From Laetmonice hystrix (taxonomy: Eukaryota): 64,000 bases of DNA. Below the pieces are notes generated by a model. That model searched no databases. It was not told the DNA's origin and saw only the letters and a program-made list of their open reading frames with translations. This document shows, piece after piece, positions 11,600 through 23,618 of this stretch. Location: the NCBI GenBank assembly GCA_965235115.1, contig OZ249440.1:35280001-35344000 (forward strand), given 5' to 3'. Position 1 is the stretch's first letter, and the number at the start of each line of letters is the position of its first letter. Position numbers and translations under genes: made by a program.

Positions 11600-14500
11600 C
11601 AATTTATTGTTTGGTTGTTCATCCCATTCAGCCTGCCATTTGTTCTTAATGTAAGCCCAGATGGTAGGTCTGAGGTCAGAGGCTGGGATTGGACACAGTT
11701 CGACGTCTGCCCTCTTGGCAGTTCTGTCAGCTTGCTCATTGCCCGGGATACCAATATGCCCAGGCACCCAGCGAAAGTGAATATCAAAGTTTGCATTGGC
11801 AAGCACTGCAAACTTGGACAGGATTTGAACGATCACTGGGTGACCCGTGATAAGTTAGCAAGTGCTTGCAGACAGGATAAGGAATCCGAGAAAATGAGGA
11901 AATCCTTTTCACTAGAAACTTCAATATTTTGAAGGGCAAGAAGCAGGGCCCGGGCCTCTGCTGAGAAGATGGAACTTTGCCCTGAGATGCGGGTGCCGAA
12001 GTTGTGCTTGCCATGAACTGCAGCCGCAGACACATCACTGCCACTCTTTGAGCCATCAGTATAGAAGGCATAATGTGAGGGGTACCTTGCCTGGACGCCA
12101 AGAAAATGTTCAAAATATCTCAGGGGATGAGTCTCTGACTTCTTCAGTTGAGCCAACTGAAGAATGACGTCAGGCTTTGCCAGTTCCCAAGGAGGAATGT
12201 TGCAAAAATGTGTCTGCCCCAGGACGTTCAGATCAATATCCAGTTCCTCTAGATGAGGTTTCACCCTCAGTCCAAAAGGACGTATGTACGTTTCCTTTCT
12301 TTCATATAAATGTTGGAACTGAGGGTGAAAAACGCAATTGTAAGCTGGATTTGAACTGTTTGTCCCGAGCTTGACTGCATACTGCAGAGCCAGCTTCAGA
12401 CGCCTGTTGTCAAGCGACGGCTCTCGGGCCTCCACATAGAGGCTCTGAACAGGGGACGTTCTAAAAGCCCCAAGTGAAAGCCGCAAACCCTGGTGGTGAA
12501 CCGTGTCCAAAAGCCGAATGTAAGACTTACAAGCAGAACCATAAACTATGCTACCGTAATCGAGTTTCGACCGGATTAAAGCTCTGTACAGTTGTAAAAG
12601 GACTGTACTGTCTGCCCCCCAGTTTGTGCCAGATAAAACCTTGAGAACATCCAGAGCCTTAAGGCATCTGGATTTGAGGGATTTAATGTGAGGGATAAAA
12701 GAAACTTTGTCTCTTTAACAACCTTGATAGGATCTCCATCCATTGTCAACTCGGGGTCAAGGTGGAAAGCACGCAGTTTGCAGAAATGCATGCAGACCGT
12801 TTTAGATTTTGAAAATTTAAAACCATTTTCCACCGACCAAGTGTGGATTCTGTTGAGACAGAGTTGGAGCTGCCTCTCAATGGCATTCATGTTTTTGCCT
12901 CTGCAGCAGACGTCAAAGTCATCGACGAACAGGCTGCAGGGCATGCCAGTTTTAACCGAGTTAACAATGCTGTTGATCTTAATACTAAAAAGGGTAACGG
13001 ACAAAATGCTTCCCTGAGGCACACCTAATTCTTGGTCGTGCAAGTCAGACAGGGTCGTGCCTACTCTGACTTGAAAATGTCTGTTGGATAAAAACTGAGA
13101 GATGAAAAGGGGCAAACGCCCCCTAAAACCCATATCATGTAAATCCTTTAAAATGCCGTACTTCCATGTTGTGTCGTATGCCTTTTCAAGGTCGAAAAAG
13201 ACGGCAACAACATGTTCACGGTTGATAAAAGCATCTCGGATGTATGTCTCGAGTCTGATTAGATGATCAAGAGTACTTCTCCCTCGCCGGAAGCCACACT
13301 GAAACTCGGTTATGAGCTGCTCAGACTCCAGCTTCCAGACGAGGCGATCATTAATCATTCTCTCCATGGTTTTGCACAGGCAACTTGTTAAGGCTATTGG
13401 TCTGTAATTGTTAGCTTCACTATGGTCTTTTCCTGGTTTTGGGATGGGGATGATTATTGCTTCTTGCCAGGAAAGGGGTATATTACCAGTTATCCAGATA
13501 TTGTTGAAAATGTGAAGAAGGATGAGGAGGGTGGTGTCGGGTAGATGTTTTAAGAATTGGTAATGTACTTTGTCAGGTCCAACTGCAGTGTCGTGTGATT
13601 TTTTAAGAGAGCATCTTAGTTCTTCAATGGAAAAGAGTTGGTTATACTCTTCTGTGTTGTTAGAGTGGAAATTTAGTTTTTGTTTCTCTTTTCGAGCACG
13701 AATGGCTTGGAATTGAGGGAGGCAGTTCCTGGAGGAGGAGTTTGTTTCAAAGGTTTTGGCCAGTTTATTTGCTATTTCATCTGTGGTGGTTAGTAGGGTG
13801 TCTTGGTGTTTTAAGTGTTGAACTCCAGTACCACCTCCCTTGCCTTTAAGTCTCCGTATCATGTTCCAGACTTTTTTGATAGGAGTACGAGAGGTCAGGC
13901 TGGAGACGTAGTCTCTCCAGCTCTGCCTCCGACTCTCTTTGCAGATACGGCGTGCCCTTGCTCTCATAATTTTAAAATTAGTAAGGTTCACTGCAGTTGG
14001 ATGCCTGTTGAAAAGGCGTTCTGCTTTCTTTCGGTCTTTAATTGCCTGCTTGCAGTCTTCATTAAACCATGGATTTGAGACATGTTTGGGAATTGTCGAG
14101 GTTTTAGGAACTGTCCTATCTGCAATGGAGATGAAAAGCGAGGTAAAATCATCCATTGCTTCAGGATCGTTAATGATGTCTGCTGTGAATTCCTCCCGAC
14201 AGAGGGTCTGGAAGGAGTGCCAGTCGGCTTTCTTAAGTTGCCACCGTTGTTGCTTTTCCCCTATATTGGGTCCTTCATATGAAAGGATGGTGGGAAAGTG
14301 GTCACTCCCGCAAAGGTCATCCCAGACCCTCCAGGAGAAATCCAGCAGCAGATCTGGTTCAGCTATTGCAAGGTCAATGGCTGTATAAGTGCCATAACCG
14401 GGATGTAAGTATGTGTTTGAACCATCATTAAAAATGCATAGAGCATGATTATCAATGAACTCTTCAATCTTCTTGCCCTTGCCATCAGTTGTGGTACCAG

Positions 14501-14927
14501 CCCATAAGGGATTGTGGCCATTAAAATCTCCCAAAAGGAGATATGGAGTTGGCAGTTGACCCACTAAATCATTAAGATCCTGGTGGGCCAAGTTACTGTT
14601 TGGGGGAATGTATATGGAGCAGATAGTGATGGCTTTATGTAGAGTTAGGCGTATGGCTATTGCTTGTAATGGTGTGTCTATTGTAACTGGGCTATGGATG
14701 AGGTCTTGTCGGACCAGAATGGCAGTGCCGCCAGCAGCACGGTCACCATCTGGTGCAAAACCAAGGAAAGTCTGATAGCCCTTAAATGAGACTTTGTCTC
14801 GGGCAGTAAGAAATGTTTCTTGTAGACAAAGGGCAAGAGGATCAAGGTTTTCTGCTAAAAGTCTGAGCTCATTAAAATTGGCTCTAAAACCTCGACAATT
14901 CCATTGAAGGAAGCATTTGCCTGCCAT
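11600..14927 (-). pseudogene. LINE ORF2 (APE-RT-RNase H), frameshifted near 12700 and interrupted
   Basis: QWNCRG, CLQET, GDFN, SDHFP, RT motifs and RNase H in 11833..12510. A short deletion after KETKF shifts the frame. The C-terminus continues at 9035-9340. Confidence 0.9.
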
Positions 14928-14936
14928 CAAGGTGGT

Positions 14937-16220
14937 TTAACAGGCAAACGCCCTAGACTTTATTTTGGGGGAAAGGCTGCGACTACGACAAGGCGTAGCA
15001 TCAGCCATTTCAACATCTTGAAGATGTTGAAATTTGTTTGTAAGTGCTATTGCACTATTGTTGGAGGCTGCCTTGGGCAGCCGATCTGTTATTATTTTCT
15101 TTTTTTGTTGATGTTTTTTGGTAGATGGCTCTTTTGTACTCGGTTGATCAGTTTTTGGAGTTGGTTCTTTATTACTCGGCCCGGCCTGTGGAGGAGGAAC
15201 CGAGGTTGTCTGGCTCTGTGTTGAGGTGGCTTTTTTAGGTGGCTGACTCGAGACTGCTTTCTTAGGTGGTTCATTTGTGCTGTCAGCGGGATCAGGGTAG
15301 GTCACAGGTTTATCCCCCTTGACCCACACCATCTCCGTTTGACAAGCGAAAGTCCGTGTGGTAGGCTTAACAGCGGCAGCATAGGTTTTAACTGTTGGTG
15401 GAAGCATATATTGCTCCACCAACTTTCGTGCCTCAGGGAAACTAAGTTTTCTTTCTGTCTTAACCTTTAGGATTTCCTTCTCCTTCTTCCACACGGAACA
15501 TTCGCGTGAAACAGTGGAATGACCCTGACCACAGTTGGTGCATTTGGCAGGTTTTTCACAGCCAGTATGGTCATGGCCTGTTTCAGCGCACTGCGAACAT
15601 TTTTGTTCATTTCTACATGAGTCGGTCCCATGCCCAAACCTCTGGCACTTAAAGCAACGCAGAGGATTCGGGATGTAGGGATCAACTTTTACCTTTAGAA
15701 AGCCAACCTCGAGTTCATCTGGTAGAGTGGGCCTGTCGAATGTCAGAAAATATGTGTGTGTCTTGATGGTGTTACCATCTCGTTTCACTATCAATCTTCT
15801 GACTTCCGACACACCTTGCCAGCTCAACCCAGCAAGGATCTCCTGTTCAGTTGTAGTGTCAAGAGAGTTTGTTCTTATAACACCCTTGCTGGAGTTGAGC
15901 ATCCGGTGACGAGAGGCCTTAATACTGTAACCTGCGAGTACTGTGGCACTCAGCAGGTTTGCAGATTGGGCCTTCGTGGCACACTCCACCAACAGTTGGC
16001 CAGACCTCAAACGTTTACAATCTTTGACTGTTCCAGCTATCCCCAATATACCTTTATGTATGGCAAAAGGGGATAGCTTAGATATTGGTCGTTCAGCTTC
16101 TGCCGATTCAACAATGATGAAACGAGGCCATTCCGTCAAGTATTCATTCTCCATAGACCGGTCCGAGTCAGAGTCCGTTAGTTTCAGTAGTTTTCTTTTT
16201 GGGGGATTGTTTGAGGCCAT
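14937..16220 (-). CDS. LINE ORF1 (gag-like nucleic-acid-binding protein with zinc knuckles)
   Basis: ATG at 16220. WPRFIIVES..LSPF, RLRSGQLLVEC, RCFKCQRFGH, CSQCAETGH, CTNCGQGH. The last codons are shifted by a 2-bp deletion relative to the 27870 copy. Confidence 0.9.
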   Translation of the reverse strand: MASNNPPKRKLLKLTDSDSDRSMENEYLTEWPRFIIVESAEAERPISKLSPFAIHKGILGIAGTVKDCKRLRSGQLLVECATKAQSANLLSATVLAGYSIKASRHRMLNSSKGVIRTNSLDTTTEQEILAGLSWQGVSEVRRLIVKRDGNTIKTHTYFLTFDRPTLPDELEVGFLKVKVDPYIPNPLRCFKCQRFGHGTDSCRNEQKCSQCAETGHDHTGCEKPAKCTNCGQGHSTVSRECSVWKKEKEILKVKTERKLSFPEARKLVEQYMLPPTVKTYAAAVKPTTRTFACQTEMVWVKGDKPVTYPDPADSTNEPPKKAVSSQPPKKATSTQSQTTSVPPPQAGPSNKEPTPKTDQPSTKEPSTKKHQQKKKIITDRLPKAASNNSAIALTNKFQHLQDVEMADATPCRSRSLSPKIKSRAFAC

Positions 16221-16733
16221 GTTTGTGTTAGAGTGTTTCACCAACCCTATTCCCCACCCTCCACGGAGCCCAACAAGGGGAAGTGCAGAGCTGCGGTAAC
16301 CAGCAGTTGCAAACCAAGGATATAGGGTTGGTATACTCAAGCAATGGAACGAAAGAGGGTGTCGCCATTACTTGATTGACCCTAAGCCACCGCCTTCTAG
16401 GAATAAAGAAGAAATAGTTACGATAGATGTTGCCTATTGTATTAGAGAATTAAATCCACTATAAGGGTACTCAATACAAAAAATCCTAGGGCAAGGCGTG
16501 ACCAGCCGATTGATTGGATGGGGCCTCTCCAACCTCCCGTCTAGGTGAAGTAGGAGCCAAAGCACCGTGTTGGACCTGTGAAAAGCCGCAGCAATTCACC
16601 GTCCTCAGGTACCAGGACCTCTTCCTCCACCGACACGGGTCGTGACTCACGGCAAACAAGTCGCCCCATTTATTCGCCTCTTACGAACAGCCAGGGGGGG
16701 CTGGGGAACATTCTTACCCCGGTCCCCACGGGG

Positions 16734-17718
16734 CTGCTAAAAAAGAACATGTGCAACGAAACAAGAAGCCAAATAATCAGAAGAAGAGAGAAAATGCTGA
16801 ACAGCCTGGAGTAAAACCTGGGAGTTCATCTGATGACCGTTGTACCGTTTGTGGGCAGACGTACGGAGACCCACAGGAACCCCTTGTGGACAACAAGTGG
16901 ATCACATGCATCTCATGCCAAAAATGGTGGCACGAAACTTGTGCTACAGAGAGTGGTAGATGTAGCAGCGAAGGGTTTACTTGTGAGGGTTGTGGCAATT
17001 AGAGGAGAGGAAAATATCTCACAGATCATTAACACTTTTGACTTAAACACCTGAAAATAAAATTGGCGAGGTCATGTCATTTTTGAGTTAGACACCTGAA
17101 AATAAAGTTGTTTAAAAAGCCATTTAGGTTGGTTTATTTTATATTATTTCCACTTTCATAATTAAAACTAGCATATCTAGAAATAGTGATTGCCGCAGTA
17201 CGGTAGGGCAACTCACTAAATGTTTTATAACATTGAGGTTAAACACAATTATTAGTCTTACGTACCTATTGAGGATACCTTCAAAAATACACAGTAGGGC
17301 AAATAAATTTGTCAAACAATGTGGGCCTTGGTGGCACCTAGGGCAATGCAGATTTCTCATTAATATCTTTTAAGAGGTAGGTCATTACATACAATTTACT
17401 AACGATGACTGACCCATATTCCATCCATGGTGACCCCCCGGTCCACTCATGGTGACCCCCCGGTCCACTCATGGTGACCCATATGGTCCACTTCAGGTTA
17501 CCCCTGGTCCAGTCATGGTGATTTTGACAGCTTCAATTTCTCGCTAAATGACACATTATTGATTAATCATCCTTCCTGTAAGCCAAACTCATTACCGAGA
17601 GGATAAAACTCCCTACAATTTGATGTGCAGCTTAATGGGATAGTCTGGATAGTAACAAAACAACGGCTTGTCAAAGTATTTGGTGTGAAGAACCGGCCCA
17701 CTCATGGTAATTTGACCC
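16734..17718 (+). mobile_element. 3' part of a pogo/Fot-like (Tc1-mariner superfamily) DNA transposon with C-terminal PHD finger
   Basis: PHD-like CTVC...WITCISCQKWWHETC...FTCEGC (16751..17002). Repeated GGTCCACTCATGGTGACCC motifs at 17420-17520. The terminus ...CATGGTAATTTGACCC is followed by TA. Confidence 0.6.
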
Positions 17719-18201
17719 TAAATCTCTGCCTGAGTCCTAAACTATACAGTACTGCTTAGGAAAACCAGGAATATAAGTCAGTCATAAAATGTGCCTTAGC
17801 TCGTCATAAGATTTTGCTTTAAGATGGTACAATCCGACTGACCGACTTTGTCAGAGCCCTTTTGTTGCCTTGGCGTCGATCTGGCTGACGTTTAGAGGGC
17901 ATTGTTTTAACATAGGCCGGGTGGGGTGGGGGTGGGGGGGCTGGCTTGCTGCAGTAATGATAGCCTCCTGCAGCTGGCGCCCGTCTGTCTGGGTTTTGAG
18001 AAGAGCCAATCACTGATTAGTTGAGGGTTGATGGCTGGCCGGGGATGCCTTAAATACCGCCGGCATTGTCTGCACCAGTTCGACTTTTGGACTACTTTGG
18101 ACTCGAGTCAGAATTTCATACAATGAAGCATGGCACGTCGGAAAGTGGCTTGTGGAATTTGTGCAGTCGAGATTTGGCAACCTGCACGCCAATGGGCATA
18201 A

Positions 18202-19399
18202 TTGGTAAATTATGCAGTAATTGAGGTGGCATCGGGGGATCGTGCTGCCACCTATCGGCACCAGAGTGCGGCTGGCCTTCCAGTTCCACGGACGGGCGGA
18301 CGTGTGGCAAATTTTGTTTCTGTAATCATCGAAGTTCCAGCTGAAAGTATGGGGAAGGTACGCAAAAGGCCGTCTGGCCAAGAAGCAGAACCCAGGGATG
18401 ACCCTGGTTATGATGAACTTTCCATTACTGAAGTAGAGAAGCGACTCACTGCTTCATTTGAAACATGCTTCGCTCGCTTGGAAGAAAAGTTTGCTGCCAT
18501 GCTGGCACGTCATGCAGACCCGTCACCAACAACAAGTAGGTCACGCCCGCTGAGTGACAGTGCTGCTAGTGAGCATCGTCGCCTAGCTGCTAGTTCAACG
18601 TCACACCGCTATTCTTCATTCACTCGAAGCAAAAGGGGGCCATCTTCACAGTATACGGAAGTTAGAGATGGAGGTACATCGCCAACCCCTTCATTCGTGT
18701 CACAGCGTGAAGCTATGTGTGAGAGCAGCAGCAATGGTCCCACACATGCAGCCGCAAACTACATCATAGGCCCTGACAGACCTAAGCAGCGTTCAACACT
18801 TCTCCTAAGATTGACGACGGATTTTATACATGACACCGAGATTGACACTCAGGTGAAGGAAATCCTTCAAACAACGGCTCACCAGCTTGCCAGCACACGA
18901 GGTAATGTAACTCCTGGCACGTTCCCCTTTAAGTACATGTATACTCAAGAGGTCCAGAAAAGAAGTGAGCAACAATAAATACTGTCTCGCTCGCAGAACA
19001 CCTTTGGGGGATATTCAGAATTTTAGAAGAGGAGTCCAAATCAGCCCTTGTAGTTCATATAAATGAAGTACTAGAAGATGCTCGTGAATTTGATTGGCCT
19101 TCTGGTGTGTGTAGATGGTCAAAGGAGGTGTTTAGCCAGGTGGCTGCAAATCGTCTGAAAGGTGGATGGCGTGACTATCACCACATTCAGTTGCTGAGAA
19201 TGTCTCTGTCAAGGGTGCATGCTGCCATGCATGAGTGACAGTGCCCATCTGCAAGAAAACTCTACCCCTACTCTGTCAACTGGTGTCTCAAATAACGGGG
19301 AAACCAATGACATGAACCAAGACCTGCTTCGGGGTGGCCCACCTTGTTCTGCCTACAATTCTACCTCTGGCTGTCATCTTCCTCCAGGCAGCTACATAT
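18202..19399 (+). pseudogene. Probable DIRS/Ngaro gag-like ORF1 remnant
   Basis: A 258-aa ORF, then frameshifted segments EHLWGIFRI...EDAREFDW...RWSKEVF...IQLLRMSLSR and a Cys motif CSAYNSTSGC. The family call is from resemblance only. Confidence 0.45.
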
Positions 19400-19692
19400 A
19401 TGCCCAAACCTCTGGCACTTAAAGCAACGCAGAGGATTTGGGATATAGGGATCGACTTTTACCTTTAGAAAGCCAATCTCGAGTTCATCTGGTAGAGTGG
19501 GCCTGTCGAATGTCAGAAAATATGTGTGTGTCTTGATGGTGTTACCATCTTGTTTCACTATCAATCTTCTGACTTCCGACACACCTTGCCAGCTCAACCC
19601 AGCAAGGATCTCCTGTTCAGTTGTGGTGTCAATAGAGTTTGTTCTAATAACACCCTTGCTGGAGTTGAGCGTCCGGTGACGAGAGGCCTTAA

Positions 19693-22035
19693 GTGTCATT
19701 GCATGAGTGGACCATGCAAAAATCTGCAGGAAGTGATAACCCACTGGATAACGGATTGGGCTCAAATTTGCACCAAAGTTTGGTCTTGGGGTAGGGTTAG
19801 GGCAGGTAAAGCCATTCGGCGAATAATCACATTGTTCAAGATTTAGGGGGCATTAACCGTTTCTATTCATTTCCCTTAAAAAAAGGAGGATTTTTTTTTA
19901 CAAAATGGCCAATTTTGTCGATTTTTCATTCCTTTCCTAGCCAAAGGACCACATATTACTTATAGGGATATTAAAGTAGAGGTCTTATGCCATCTTCTCG
20001 TATTAAAGTTTTTTTCTGAAAATCCTGGAATTGAAGGTATTATGTCCCTTAAAATTGCACTGTCCCCCCAAAGAGCCCAAATATTGAAAAGTACACCATT
20101 TTCACACTGTGATATCTCCACTGCGACAGGGATTGGGACAATTATTTTTGCCCATAAGTGACATCAAGTGTAGGTCTTTCATTCAAAACAATAAAAAGTT
20201 TGGGCGCTCCTTTCACTTTTTTTACTGAGCGCCGTGATCATCCCTGGTTTTCAGCTATAACGGCTAGTGGCAGAAACTGTCGCCAGGGGGCATGTTGAAC
20301 GAAAGGGCCGACACCACAACGACCACTCCGAATACATGGGGGAGTTTTTGTTTGCCTTTGACAAATATTATAAATGTCATGAATTTCATCACTTGTAACT
20401 TTCTTTCTCTTGAACTGAATGCCTTCTAATTCTCCGGTTCGGGGATCGCCAGTGTTGGGTCGATTAGTGGAACTCTCTAGTACGGGGAGAACAGAACGTT
20501 CGCTTCCGGGAGGTGTTGTTTGGCTACGAAGCTCCCGTTTGGCCGCTGACCCCTTGTCTCCACGCAGATCCAAAGCCGATTTGAGATTTAGTCAGGGTCG
20601 TATTGATTTTATTGAAGTCAAATTCGATTTAGTTGAGGCGACGAGAGGTGATGTAGGTTTGATAGGCCTCCCTAAGCGAATCAGTCACGTTGGCCTCCGC
20701 TAGTCCACTGGCACTGGCGGGCATGTGGCTGACGCAGTGACGGTACGCCGGGAGATGCAGTGGCCAAGGCCCGCCCACCGATGGGCGGCCCGCGGTGAGG
20801 TGCGAGTTGACAGGGCGAGTCGCCTGGGTGTGGGTTGACCTGTTACCGTTTGGGTTAGGAGGCCTATCAAATAACTTTTGATATTAATTCGGGGGGGGGG
20901 GGGGATCGGGAGTTGCTAGAGTCTATGCTTCGACGTCGACAAGAAGTGGCACTGGTACTGCGCCCGATCACCGGCTTTAGACTAAGTTTAGTAGGCCTAC
21001 TGCTTTAGGCTATCGGAACCTGATCGGCCCTGATTTTGTCCTGGTGCGTCATAGCCTGAAAAACGTGATATTTCGGCCACTGGTTTCAGTAGCGGATCCA
21101 GAATTTTTTAAAGGGGGGTTTCCGAAATTTAGGTACTTGAGCCGAAATGGCCATTACTAGGCCATGCTCCTCTAGGAAATTTAACAAAAAGGCATCAAAT
21201 AATGCAATCTCAGGACATCTTGTGTGGAAATATGAAGGTTTCCTTTGGTTAAAATGATGCATTTTACACCCCCTCTGTTTACCAAAATGTCCTTAACATA
21301 GGCCTAGTAGGCCTAATTTTTAAGGGGGGGGGGGGGTCCGGGATACTTGGAACCCCCCATGGATACGCCACTGGGTTTAGATAAAAAATAAACATTTTGT
21401 TCGGCCTGAAACCAGATTTTTCTTGGGGCTGTATATCTACACATTACCGCTAGGGGCCTGTAGTTCTACACATTAACGCTAGAGGGCAGCACTGCAAAGT
21501 GCCGTAAAATCGTTATAATGTCCACGGCTACCATTCAAAAATGGCAGTAGCGCCCAAACTTTTTCTTTCTGATTTTGAAAGACCATGATACTGGCAATAT
21601 TTCCACAAAGTTTCAACATCCAGATCCCTGCCGCCGTTGAGATATTGGACCCTGAAGATGCCTTAAGATAATACCACGTTGTGGGTAGGGGCAATACTTT
21701 GCCCCCTATCTCCAAGACTTAAAGAAATATTTTTATGATTTTCTGCCATTTAGTGGGCCATATGATGGGGAAGCGGCTTTCAAAGGGGCAATGTTGTAGC
21801 TTCTACCGTTTTCTGTTGAGGGCCACCCGAAATAACCCCTTGAAAATCCTTGGAAAATGGCCTCCAGAGACCTCCAAATAAATTTTTGGCATTTACTCGG
21901 AAAGAACCGAATGGATTTGGCTGCTAGCATACATTCTTTCATAAGTTGGTCAAGTGCACATGTCCACCAAATTTCATTGAAATCGGCCGACCCCCGGGTT
22001 ATCACCCTCTGCATGGTCTATCCATGCAATGACAC
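19693..22035. mobile_element. Non-autonomous TTAA-target DNA transposon with imperfect TIRs GTGTCATTGCATG
   Basis: TTAA at 19689-19692 and 22036-22039. Termini are GTGTCATTGCATGAGTGGACCATGCA and (rc) GTGTCATTGCATGGATAGACCATGCA. No transposase was recognised. Confidence 0.85.
21087..21373. mobile_element. MITE, CAG termini, 5-bp TSD (hAT5-like)
   Basis: CAGTAGCGGATCCA...TGGATACGCCACTG flanked by GGTTT on both sides. Confidence 0.7.
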
Positions 22036-22717
22036 TTAATACTGTAAGCTGCGAGTACTGTGGCACTCAGCAGGTTCGCAGATTGGACCTTCGTGGCACA
22101 CTCTACCAACAGTAACTGTTGGCCAGATCTCAAACGTTTACAATATTTGACTGTTCCAGCTATCCCCAATATGCCTTTATGTATGGCAAAAGGGGATAGC
22201 TTAGATATTGGTCGTTCAGCTTCTGCCGATTCAACAATGATGAAACGAGGCCATTCCTCGAGCTATTGCTGTATATTAGAGGTAATTAAGGAACCAATCA
22301 AATGATTTGTTTTCTGAGATGAACCTAAAGATGCATGGTTCACCTTCTGTCTTGAAGAATCTTTCAAAATAAATTTTAAACCAAAGTGGAGAAACAAATT
22401 ATAGCTTTATTCATCCATCAGCTCCGTTACATCTATAAAAGCAGAAGTAACCATAGAAACTGGTCACCACAAAATGGCATGTGAAAGAGATCACATAGAA
22501 TGTTTTTGAACCACATTTATTTCAATTTCATTGATACCAATGATACCAAAATCCTCTCCGTTACATAGTCAACTGCATGACAGAACATTTTCTTGTGAGC
22601 ATTTTGGACGTGCTCCCATATAATTAGCCGTAAGTAAAGAGTAAGAATAGTCGAAATTAATATTAATAAATTGATTTAACGTATTTGACACATTGACTTT
22701 GTGTTGCTTATTTGCAG

Positions 22718-22850
22718 TTGGAAAAAAGTTCAATACCAAGCTTTGTAAGGGTTGGTCGGGGCCATATAAAGTTGTGGGGTGCCCAAGTGATGTAAATTGC
22801 CAAATACAGCAGAGTCCAGACAGCAGAACAATAAGGGTCCATAGGGAACA
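22718..22850 (+). pseudogene. Gypsy-type integrase C-terminal (GPY/F) fragment
   Basis: Translates KLCKGWSGPYKVVGCPSDVNCQIQQSPDSRTIRVH. Confidence 0.6.
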
Positions 22851-22852
22851 CC

Positions 22853-23602
22853 GCTGATTATAAGGATGTTTGGATCAATCTAGATGAAGCAAAGGAAGTG
22901 CGGATAAAGCGGGCAATACTGAGGAAGGCGGCATACTTGGCCAGACGTGACGGTGCGGAGGTTTCCCAAAAGTACGACCACATTATTATTAACCAAGAGA
23001 AGTATACACTTCATGACACTGACCGCATTCCACAAAAATACACTCAAGCCCTGAATCAAGAAACGAGAAAAGCTACACCTGCACAGGCTGAAAGCGGAGT
23101 CGAACTGACTGGAATGAAGCTGACTAAAAGAGGATTGGCCTTTTTCTCAGCAAAATCCTTCTTAAGTAACTTTTATCCAGCTAATGTTAGAATTGACGGC
23201 CACGTGTTTGCAACATCTGAACACGCGTACCAGCACTCAAAGGCGACCATATGTAAAGACTATGAGGTGGCTAAGCAAATCTTAGGATCCTCTGATCCTC
23301 TAGCCGCAAAGAATCTTGGTGCCAAAGTCAAAACGTCACACGACTGGATGAGGCTGAAACTGGATAGAATGCTGGCCATTATAAATGCGAAGTTCAGACA
23401 AAGCAAAGAACTAGCCGAACAGCTGATCAAGACCTCACCACGTGACCTGATTGAGGCCACGACTGATCCGTACTGGGGAACTGGGTGCTCATTGACAAGC
23501 CACAGACTGGCGGAAGGTAACTGGAATGGTCACAACCACTTGGGCAAACTACTCGTTACCGTGAGGGAGGACATTAAACGCGAACGACAGTGTGAGTTAT
23601 AA
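22853..23602 (+). CDS. LINE ORF1 C-terminal region fused to a NADAR (YbiA-like) domain; 5' partial
   Basis: The open frame VWINLDE...R..LR..A..A...G......IIINQEKY resembles a LINE ORF1 CTD. NADAR motifs follow: FLSNFY, SEHAYQHSKA, AKFRQ, LIEATTDPYWGTG, GHNHLGKLLVTVR. Confidence 0.85.
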   Translation, partial: ADYKDVWINLDEAKEVRIKRAILRKAAYLARRDGAEVSQKYDHIIINQEKYTLHDTDRIPQKYTQALNQETRKATPAQAESGVELTGMKLTKRGLAFFSAKSFLSNFYPANVRIDGHVFATSEHAYQHSKATICKDYEVAKQILGSSDPLAAKNLGAKVKTSHDWMRLKLDRMLAIINAKFRQSKELAEQLIKTSPRDLIEATTDPYWGTGCSLTSHRLAEGNWNGHNHLGKLLVTVREDIKRERQCEL

Positions 23603-23618
23603 GGATCATACTAGCAAT

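Larger units (their letters stand above)
8908..16733 (-). mobile_element. Near full-length Nimb-like LINE (5'UTR, ORF1, ORF2, 3'UTR), interrupted by a CACTA element
   Basis: The 5' end is near 16733. ORF1 has CCHC knuckles and ORF2 has APE-RT-RNase H. The sequence is continuous across the 9341-11599 insertion and the tail is at 8908. No TSD was found. Confidence 0.92.
19400..22257 (-). mobile_element. Nimb-like LINE ORF1 fragment (19400-19692 plus 22036-22257) split by a TTAA-target element
   Basis: Both halves match 15630-16133 and join at TTAA. Confidence 0.88.

Noticed and set aside
12688..16299. Many 60-150 aa ORFs antisense to or overlapping LINE ORFs (also in other copies and in Gypsy pol)
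   Set aside because: They are shadow frames of coding sequence, and recurrence reflects copy similarity only.
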